Source: Ezakiella sp.
Lineage (GTDB): Bacteria > Bacillota > Clostridia > Tissierellales > Peptoniphilaceae
Assembly (NCBI GenBank): GCA_022766605.1
Contig: JALEOH010000034.1
Location: 4,470 to 68,469 of the forward strand
DNA: 64,000 nucleotides
Direction: 5' to 3'
This document shows positions 39,759 to 47,196 of this stretch, in pieces (position 1 is the first letter of the stretch; every line of letters starts with the position of its first letter). A model generated the notes under the pieces. The model was not told where the DNA came from, made no database searches, and saw only the letters and a program-made list of their open reading frames with translations. A program made the position numbers and the translations under genes.

Positions 39759-41015
39759 ATGAAGAAGATTTATCAAGTGGACGAAAAAGTCCCCGGAAAG
39801 CTATTAGTTCCGCTTTCCATTCAACACACCTTTGCCATGTTTGGTGCATCGGTACTGGTTCCAATAATATTTGGAATTGACCCAGGCATAGTATTATTTA
39901 TGAATGGCATAGGCACACTTTTATTTATCTGGATAACTAAGGGCAAGGCTCCTGCATATCTTGGAAGCTCATTTGCATTCTTAGCTCCAGCGACGGTTAT
40001 TATTTCTCAACAGGGCTTCGAATATGCACAGGGAGCATTTGTATTTGTCGGTATACTCGGTATGATAATTGCAATTTTAATTAAAAAATATAGAACCGAC
40101 TGGATCGATGTCGTGCTACCACCTGCAGCAATGGGCTCTGTTGTAAGCCTTATTGGATTTGAATTAGTCGGACTAACCATAAGAGGTGGAGCAATTGGAG
40201 CGGAGATTCTTACTGAAAATTTCAGCACTGAGCATTTAATAGTTTTTGGGGTAACAGTTTTAGTTGCGGTCTTTGGCTCGATATTATTCAAAGGATTTTT
40301 ATCTACCATTCCAATTCTAGTTGCAATAATAGTTGGATATATAACTGCGGTTTGCCTTGGCATGGTGGACTTTACACCAGTGCTTGAGGCTAAGCTCTTT
40401 AGTCTACCGAAATTTCAAATGGCAAAGTTCTCGGTTGAAGCATGCCTAACAATGCTCCCGGCGACACTTGTCATATTAAGTGAACATATATCGCACCAGG
40501 TGGTAACAAGCAATATAATTGGACGAAACCTAATAGAAGATCCAGGGCTACATCGCTCGATCTTTGCAGATAATTTTTCAACTGCATTATCAGGACTAGT
40601 AGGTGGCGTTCCAACTACGACATATGGAGAAAATATTGGCGTCATGGCAATAACTGGAGTTTATTCGGTGCAAGTAATAGCAGGTGCTGCAATAATTTCT
40701 ATTATAATGGCATTTATTGGACCGCTTTCTGCACTAATCTCAACAATACCAGGAGATGTAATTGGTGGTGTAACCTTTTTATTATATGGAATGATAGGAA
40801 CAAGTGGACTAAGACTACTCGTTGATAAAAAAGTCGACTATTCCGATAGCAGAAATTTAATTTTAACATCGATAATTTTTACGGCTGGTTTAAGTGGACT
40901 AAGTGTAAAACTAGGTGCAATAAATTTATCGGGCATGGTACTTGCCTCGGTAGTTGCAGTAGTATTAAGCCTAAGCTTCCATTTGTTAGACAAACTGGGA
41001 TTGACCAATAAATAG
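39759..41015 (+). CDS. uraA: Uracil permease (NCS2/NAT family)
   Basis: QHTFAMFGA, YLGSSFAF, EHISH, TTYGENIG. Confidence 0.93.
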   Translation: MKKIYQVDEKVPGKLLVPLSIQHTFAMFGASVLVPIIFGIDPGIVLFMNGIGTLLFIWITKGKAPAYLGSSFAFLAPATVIISQQGFEYAQGAFVFVGILGMIIAILIKKYRTDWIDVVLPPAAMGSVVSLIGFELVGLTIRGGAIGAEILTENFSTEHLIVFGVTVLVAVFGSILFKGFLSTIPILVAIIVGYITAVCLGMVDFTPVLEAKLFSLPKFQMAKFSVEACLTMLPATLVILSEHISHQVVTSNIIGRNLIEDPGLHRSIFADNFSTALSGLVGGVPTTTYGENIGVMAITGVYSVQVIAGAAIISIIMAFIGPLSALISTIPGDVIGGVTFLLYGMIGTSGLRLLVDKKVDYSDSRNLILTSIIFTAGLSGLSVKLGAINLSGMVLASVVAVVLSLSFHLLDKLGLTNK

Positions 41016-41062
41016 TAAAGAGCTTCATTTTTGAGTGTTTAATAGAAAAATGATTTTATGTA

Positions 41063-41091
41063 TTGACAAGCCCTTAATACGATGCTATAAT
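41063..41091 (+). promoter_or_regulatory. Consensus sigmaA promoter with extended -10 for precursor/rSAM locus
   Basis: TTGACA (41063-41068), 17 bp, TG-c-TATAAT (41086-41091). Confidence 0.85.
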
Positions 41092-41125
41092 AGGAGTATA
41101 TTACAAGAGAAAGAGAGGAATTGAA

Positions 41126-41251
41126 ATGAAATTTCTAAAAGTGTTGTCTAGATTTTACTTTAAAAGGAACAAATCTATTAGGGTGGAAAGCAGTTATGGT
41201 CCTCCAGTCCGTGCAAGCGCAAATTGGATATGCGGAGCAGGAAGTTGCTAG
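41126..41251 (+). CDS. 41-aa putative RiPP precursor peptide (not in ORF track)
   Basis: GAGG RBS, ATG 41126, TAG 41249-41251; MKFLKVLSRFYFKRNKSIRVESSYGPPVRASANWICGAGSC; directly upstream of rSAM/SPASM gene. Confidence 0.8.
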   Translation: MKFLKVLSRFYFKRNKSIRVESSYGPPVRASANWICGAGSC

Positions 41252-41274
41252 TTTAAGCTAGCAACTTTGCTTTT
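41242..41274 (+). terminator. Stem-loop/attenuator overlapping precursor stop
   Basis: Perfect 10-bp stem AAGTTGCTAG-tttaag-CTAGCAACTT followed by TGCTTTTT. Confidence 0.7.
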
Positions 41275-41295
41275 TAGTAATATTAGATCGAAACT

Positions 41296-42561
41296 ATGCA
41301 AATAAAAAAAGGAACTATTCTCATAAAAAACTCAGATCAGGAATATGTACTATCAAACAACATGTTGAATAGTAAATTATTGTTATCTAGAGATGTTGCG
41401 GATTTGCTGAACGTGATTTTTAGTAAACAAGGGAAGCTGAAAGCAACTGCTAAATTATTACCTGGAGTTAATAAAATAATTAGGAAATTAGAAAAATATC
41501 ATTTTATTACAAGTGAAGAAACTGAAAGTGATTACTATATAAGCATTGATAATTATGATATTGATAGACCGTTATCATCTTTGAGTATAGAGTTAACGGA
41601 TAGATGTAATTTAAAGTGCATACATTGTTATGGATCCTTTGGAAATAATTATCCAAAATCAATGCTTAATTTTTATAATATAAGAACTATATTAGAAAAA
41701 TTAGTAAAATTGAATTGCGGTAGTATAAATTTGACAGGGGGAGAGTGCACCATCCACAAGGATTTTAATAGGATTGCCAAATTAATACTCGAAATGGGTT
41801 TTAATCTAGGAATTATGACTAATGGCTATAAAAAAGATTACTTTATTGACTTCTTGAATGACGTTAATGAATATAATTTTATTGTAAAAGTTAGCCTAGA
41901 CGGTACTGAAGAAATTCATAATCAAATAAGAGGAGATAACTCTTCATACAAGAATGCAATCGCACTTATAGATGACATCTATAAAAGAGATAATATAAAA
42001 CTATATATATCGTCAACATTGATGAAATCAAATTATAGGCAGTTTAGAGAACTAATTTCTTTTGTGGAAGATAGATACCCTAAATGTATTCATTCTCTAG
42101 ACCTTGTTCTGCCATGTGGAAATGCTATTTTGGATTCTTCAGTTGCTTTCAGCATTGAAGAACTTGAAAAAATTGTTAATGACTTTCCAGAGATTTTTAT
42201 AGGAGAAAGATCAATTATACGAGTCAATAAACCAAGATGTACCGGAGGGGTTTCACAAGCAACGCTTACCTCAAAAGGAGATTTAAAAATCTGTAATTGT
42301 GCTACAGACAGTAGATTTTATTTTCGCGGAAATGTTTTGACTGACGATTTAATAAACATATGGAATAATCCTGGTATAAATATTGAAAAATACAGAAATG
42401 AGAAAGCTTTAAAAGGTCAAAATTGTATAACTTGTTCAAAATATTCGACATGTTTTGCCACTGACTGTAGGGTATCCGCTTTTTTGTATACTGGAAATGA
42501 TGAGCTTTGCTCTCCGATAACTTTTTATTGTTCAAGGAATAATGATGAAGATAGTATTTAA
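41296..42561 (+). CDS. Radical SAM/SPASM peptide maturase
   Basis: CNLKCIHC (CX3CX2C), LTGGE, VSLDG; SPASM C-x12-G-x4-C...C-x2-C-x5-C-x4-C...C; ~90-aa N-terminal segment consistent with an RRE. Confidence 0.9.
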   Translation: MQIKKGTILIKNSDQEYVLSNNMLNSKLLLSRDVADLLNVIFSKQGKLKATAKLLPGVNKIIRKLEKYHFITSEETESDYYISIDNYDIDRPLSSLSIELTDRCNLKCIHCYGSFGNNYPKSMLNFYNIRTILEKLVKLNCGSINLTGGECTIHKDFNRIAKLILEMGFNLGIMTNGYKKDYFIDFLNDVNEYNFIVKVSLDGTEEIHNQIRGDNSSYKNAIALIDDIYKRDNIKLYISSTLMKSNYRQFRELISFVEDRYPKCIHSLDLVLPCGNAILDSSVAFSIEELEKIVNDFPEIFIGERSIIRVNKPRCTGGVSQATLTSKGDLKICNCATDSRFYFRGNVLTDDLINIWNNPGINIEKYRNEKALKGQNCITCSKYSTCFATDCRVSAFLYTGNDELCSPITFYCSRNNDEDSI

Positions 42562-44137
42562 ACATTTTAATGACGCCGTTAAAAGATTTCCCAAGCATTT
42601 TATTAGGACATTTTTTCTATCTATACTTGCTGCGATAGTTAGCATAGCTATTCCAATTGCAATGAGGCAGTTGATAGAGGGTGATTTTAGCTCTAGGGAT
42701 ATAGTGGTAAATATTATTATTTTATCGGCTATGATATTATTGTCGATTATTATCGCCATTAAAAAGACCAAGACCATGGATGAATTCGGTGGGGAATATC
42801 TAAAAGATATTTTAAAGAGGGTTGAGCACATTCTATACAATACCAATTATGAAAGAGTTGATGAACTAAATAAAAATGGGCTGAGTCATACATTATTTTC
42901 GGATGCCATGACTATTATGAGTACGGTTGGACTGATGATACCATCATTTATTAGTTCGGTTATAATAGTTTTATTTTTACTGGCAATTAGTTTTTATTTT
43001 AATCCATTAATAGCTCTAATTTCTATGATTGCAATTTTAGCTGGAGTTGCTATCTCATTTTTTGCAAGAAAGAAGATGTATAATACTTCTAAAGGGACCA
43101 ATCGTAAACTAAAAATAGTCCATGATTTTACTAATGAGTTGACCAATACTACTTTCGATGCAAGACATAATAGACTCGGTGTATATTATGCAAAAAAGAC
43201 TGACAGCATAATAGATGATTTCATAAAGACTGCTAAAGAAGAGGATGTGACGAGAGAATTATATAATGAATTGATAATAAACTACAATCTAATCATTCAA
43301 GTTTTAGTTTCCGTCTTGTTGTCCATTCCGTTTATAAATAATTCAATATCAAATGCATTATTTTTTATCATGGTATTTAATCTGCTGATCACTCAAGGGT
43401 CTAATATAGAAATATATTTGGGTCAAATAATCTCATCGCTTGTCAGCTTTAACAATATAGAAAAAATATTGAAGTTACCGATGGATAGTGCAAAAGAAGA
43501 GATAAATAGCATTGATGAGATATCGATTAGAGATCTCAGCTTTAATCATGGGGAGGACAAATTATTCGATGGACTTAATATCGATTTTAAAAAAGGTGAT
43601 ACCATATTGATAGAAGGAGCTAATGGATCGGGGAAAAGCACTTTTTTAAAGCTCTTATTAAAATACTACGAATATGATGGTAGCATAAAATACAATGGGC
43701 TGGAACTTAGGGAAATTAAAAGGGAAGCTCTATATAAAAAGATGCTATATATCAATCAAAAAGAGATAATATTAAATGAAGACATTGACGATTTTATAAA
43801 TATTACACTGGATGAAAATATATCTCAATTAGAAGTCCATAAATTTATGGATAGCTATGATTTTAAAAAGGATTATAAAGAAAAGCTGGAATATGACAAG
43901 CTCTCAGGTGGTGAGATAAAAAAATTACTAATCGCAAAACTCTTTTTTGCAAGTCCAAAGAGGGATGTAATACTAATTGATGAAATAGAAGCGGGTCTAG
44001 ATGATGCATCATTAGCTAAATTAAGCTTTTTTTTAAATAAGATTGCAGGCACTGAAGAAAAAATTATATTTATAATCTCTCACGGAGATAAATTAAAAGT
44101 CAATTGTACGAAAAGGCTAAGACTAAGTCATGAATAA
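42542..44137 (+). CDS. ABC exporter (TMD+NBD), no C39 peptidase domain
   Basis: GANGSGKST, LSGGEIKK, ILIDE, ISHG; overlaps rSAM 3' end by 20 nt. Confidence 0.88.
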   Translation: MMKIVFKHFNDAVKRFPKHFIRTFFLSILAAIVSIAIPIAMRQLIEGDFSSRDIVVNIIILSAMILLSIIIAIKKTKTMDEFGGEYLKDILKRVEHILYNTNYERVDELNKNGLSHTLFSDAMTIMSTVGLMIPSFISSVIIVLFLLAISFYFNPLIALISMIAILAGVAISFFARKKMYNTSKGTNRKLKIVHDFTNELTNTTFDARHNRLGVYYAKKTDSIIDDFIKTAKEEDVTRELYNELIINYNLIIQVLVSVLLSIPFINNSISNALFFIMVFNLLITQGSNIEIYLGQIISSLVSFNNIEKILKLPMDSAKEEINSIDEISIRDLSFNHGEDKLFDGLNIDFKKGDTILIEGANGSGKSTFLKLLLKYYEYDGSIKYNGLELREIKREALYKKMLYINQKEIILNEDIDDFINITLDENISQLEVHKFMDSYDFKKDYKEKLEYDKLSGGEIKKLLIAKLFFASPKRDVILIDEIEAGLDDASLAKLSFFLNKIAGTEEKIIFIISHGDKLKVNCTKRLRLSHE

Positions 44138-44187
44138 ATTTTTTTATTTCATACTAATATTTAGATGAGAATAATTTATAAAAAAAT

Positions 44188-44219
44188 GAGTCATATATGC
44201 TATATGGCTCTGTTTTTTT
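44188..44219 (+). terminator. Terminator after RiPP-locus exporter
   Basis: GAGTCATAT-atgct-ATATGGCTC followed by TGTTTTTTT. Confidence 0.75.
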
Positions 44220-44254
44220 GCTATAATATGTGGTAAAATAGCTTTAGGTGAATT

Positions 44255-44611
44255 ATGACTAGATTGGATTTTTTTACTATATTAATAATTGCCCTTCTTT
44301 CTTTATCTGCTATATTTATGATGCCCAAAAATAAGGGAGAGTTAATCGAGGTTAGAGTAGATGGTAAGCTTATTTATAGTGCAGAATTTTCTAGGGATGT
44401 TTATACGAAAGTCATAGAGTCTAAATATGGTCATAATACTATTGAAATTGGCCCTGATTATGTAAGGGTAATTGAGGCGAGTTGCCCAAATAAATTGGAT
44501 ATTAAGCAAGGCAAGATAAGCTATAGTGGAGAGAGTATTATTTGCATTCCAAATCACTTGTCGATTACTATAGTTTCTGGCGATAGGGATTATGATGTGA
44601 TTGTACGATGA
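44255..44611 (+). CDS. NusG domain II-containing protein
   Basis: N-terminal TM; ASCPNKLDIKQGKIS...IICIPNHL. Confidence 0.8.
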   Translation: MTRLDFFTILIIALLSLSAIFMMPKNKGELIEVRVDGKLIYSAEFSRDVYTKVIESKYGHNTIEIGPDYVRVIEASCPNKLDIKQGKISYSGESIICIPNHLSITIVSGDRDYDVIVR

Positions 44612-45117
44612 AGATTAAAGATATTACTCGAATTGGCACTCTTGCAATCCTCGCTGCAATGATTTCTATGGTTGAGGTTATGGTTACACCACTTATTCCA
44701 ATACCAGGAATGAGGCTTGGATTTTCAAATATCGTGATATTAGTTGCTCTTATTCATCTTAAGAGCTCTCATGTATTTGCAATAATTACATTAAAATCCA
44801 CACTTGCTGCAATTTTTTCAGGTAGCATTACTAGCTTCCTATATTCATTTCCAGCAGGCATATTGGCAGCCTTTGTTATGAAGCTTGCGATGAGATTGAT
44901 GCCAAAATATAGCTATATTGGTGTTTCAGCTATAGGAGCTCTTTTTAACAATATCACTCAGGTAATGATGAGTATAATTGTTTTAAAATCAAATGTATAT
45001 TTGTACTATCTACCATATATAACACTTGTTGGTACGCTTACAGGAAGTGTAATTGGTGTTATTATAAATGAATTGGAGAGGAAAAAGATTTTGCGGAGGA
45101 TAATAAATGAAGGATGA
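44608..45117 (+). CDS. Gx transporter family (heptaprenyl diphosphate synthase component I-like)
   Basis: IPGMRLGFSNIV, GVSAIGALFNNITQ; usual partner of NusG-II. Confidence 0.8.
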   Translation: MKIKDITRIGTLAILAAMISMVEVMVTPLIPIPGMRLGFSNIVILVALIHLKSSHVFAIITLKSTLAAIFSGSITSFLYSFPAGILAAFVMKLAMRLMPKYSYIGVSAIGALFNNITQVMMSIIVLKSNVYLYYLPYITLVGTLTGSVIGVIINELERKKILRRIINEG

Positions 45118-45910
45118 ACTAAATAAAGATAAATCGAATTTTATCCGCGAGAATAGAGATATGCCACGCGAGAAGCTTTTGCGACTTGGGGCCGATTCGC
45201 TTGAAGTATGGGAGCTTATTGCAATACTTATTGGGACGGGAACGGCAAAGAGAGATGTTTTCGATTTGTCTAAAGCCATACTTGGATATGCTAAGGATTC
45301 GTTAAATAATTTAGTCAGTTTAAATAAGAATGAACTATTGCATTTTGATGGAATGGGAGAGGCCAAGATAGTAAAGCTACTTGCCGCTTTTGAACTTGCA
45401 AGGCGACTAAAGCAAGAGGAATATAAAAGAGAGGTAGAGGCCTTTACAGATGTTGTCAGTTGTTATAAATATTTGAGCTCAAAACTCTCGCATTTAGATG
45501 AAGAGCATTTTATGGTTTTATTATTAAATACCAAAAATGAAATAATAAAGACCATATCAAAGTCGGAGAAAGATGTTAGATTTACAAGTGAGAGCGAGAG
45601 GGAATATTCCAGCTATTTTAAAGAGAGTGAGAAGGAGTATTATTTTGGAGAGGATTTGGTATCAAAGGGAACGATAAATCAAACTCTTGCAATGCCTCGC
45701 GAGATATTTAGAAAGGCTATAATAAACAATGCCTCTTCGATTATAATTGCCCACAATCATCCAAGCGGAGATCCGACTCCGTCAAAAGAGGATTATAATA
45801 TAACAAAGAGATTGATAGAATCGGGACATTTGCTTGGAATAAAAGTGCTTGATCACATTGTAATTGGCAAGGGCAGATATTATTCATTTCACGATCATGG
45901 AGAGATATAA
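45107..45910 (+). CDS. radC: RadC (JAB/MPN) family protein with internal insertion
   Basis: MPREKL, ELIAILIGTG, GMGEAK, HNHPSGDPTPSKED, LDHIVIG. Confidence 0.92.
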   Translation: MKDELNKDKSNFIRENRDMPREKLLRLGADSLEVWELIAILIGTGTAKRDVFDLSKAILGYAKDSLNNLVSLNKNELLHFDGMGEAKIVKLLAAFELARRLKQEEYKREVEAFTDVVSCYKYLSSKLSHLDEEHFMVLLLNTKNEIIKTISKSEKDVRFTSESEREYSSYFKESEKEYYFGEDLVSKGTINQTLAMPREIFRKAIINNASSIIIAHNHPSGDPTPSKEDYNITKRLIESGHLLGIKVLDHIVIGKGRYYSFHDHGEI

Positions 45911-46734
45911 TGGAATTTAGAAATAAAAATATCAATAAAATTATTATATTTGCAATATTTGCCATTTTGATAGCGATAATTTTTTTTGCACCAAGTCTTG
46001 AGAAAAGTCAGTCTAAAATAGCAAATTTTATTGGAAGAGTATTTAGTCCAGCATCGAGATTTTTTCGTGATATCGGAATTAAAGTAAATGATAGAATAGA
46101 GGAGAGTCTCTCTACGCAAGATGCCAATGAATTGGAAAATTTAAAGATAAGAGTTTCTGTTTTAGAAGATGAAAATAGAAGATTGAGCGATGTCATTGCA
46201 AGAAGTGATGCACTTAAAATGGAATATGAGATGATAAAAAACGCCAATCAAAAATTGATTAAGGCAAATATTACCTCTCGTGCACCAGGAACGTGGTTTG
46301 ATCTATTTGTGATTGACATCGGCAAGGAGGATGGAGTAGATGAAGGAGATAGCGTTGTAGTCGCAGCAGGTGATGAAGAAGCCACAATTGGACTTGTTGG
46401 CAAGGTAAGTTCTGTAAATGATAATAATGCAAATGTAATTACAATAATGGCTGACTCAAATAAAATTGCCTTTAGGACTATTAGATCAACCGATGGTGGT
46501 ATAATTGGTGGAATAGAAGGCGATCTTTTAAAGGGCTATATGTACGATAGGAATGCAGATATAATTGCAGGGGATAAGATTATCACCTCTGGCCTTGGCG
46601 AAGTATATAAGGAGTCGATTTTTATTGGAACGGTTGATAGAGTTGAGAATGATGAAACTATGCTTAGAAAAAATATATATATTAAGCCAGCAGTCGATGT
46701 AAAGAAATTAATGAGAGTATATATAGTAAAATGA
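45910..46734 (+). CDS. mreC: Cell shape protein MreC
   Basis: N-terminal TM, coiled coil (LEDENRRL), IDIGKEDGV, GDKIITSGLG. Confidence 0.9.
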   Translation: MEFRNKNINKIIIFAIFAILIAIIFFAPSLEKSQSKIANFIGRVFSPASRFFRDIGIKVNDRIEESLSTQDANELENLKIRVSVLEDENRRLSDVIARSDALKMEYEMIKNANQKLIKANITSRAPGTWFDLFVIDIGKEDGVDEGDSVVVAAGDEEATIGLVGKVSSVNDNNANVITIMADSNKIAFRTIRSTDGGIIGGIEGDLLKGYMYDRNADIIAGDKIITSGLGEVYKESIFIGTVDRVENDETMLRKNIYIKPAVDVKKLMRVYIVK

Positions 46735-47195
46735 TTGTATTTTTGATATTTACTTTTTTACTTGAAATAGGAATCTTTCCAGGATTTTTTCCAAATATCC
46801 CCACTCCTGAATTTTTTATTCCAATTATAGTTACGGCATCCTTGCTAAAGTCGAGAAAGCATGGCATGATAATTGCACTCATATTCGGGATATTATTGGA
46901 TACTTTTTATTTAAGAGGCTTTGGGATTAGAACCGTTGTATTTTTATCGATTGGATATTTTCTTGGGACATATAGAGATAATTTTTCAAAGCAATCTATT
47001 TTTGTAAATTTGATAATGACTTTGGCTTCTTCAGTATATTATATGATTGTATATTTTTTATTGATCAATCTAACAGTTGGTGGAGTAGGCTTAAATTCGG
47101 TTATAAAGTCTATATTTTCGCTACAGATACCAATACTCATGGTGTATTCGCTTTTGTCGCATTATATATTTAGAATGAAAGAAAAAAGGAGATAG
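46731..47195 (+). CDS. mreD: Cell shape protein MreD
   Basis: Hydrophobic 154 aa, FGILLD; between mreC and pbp2. Confidence 0.8.
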   Translation: MIVFLIFTFLLEIGIFPGFFPNIPTPEFFIPIIVTASLLKSRKHGMIIALIFGILLDTFYLRGFGIRTVVFLSIGYFLGTYRDNFSKQSIFVNLIMTLASSVYYMIVYFLLINLTVGGVGLNSVIKSIFSLQIPILMVYSLLSHYIFRMKEKRR

Positions 47196-47196
47196 G

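Noticed and set aside
41016-44150. Target-site duplication flanking the rSAM cassette
   Set aside because: Only a 7-bp AT-rich match (AATAAAT) is on both sides, which is expected by chance; no transposase
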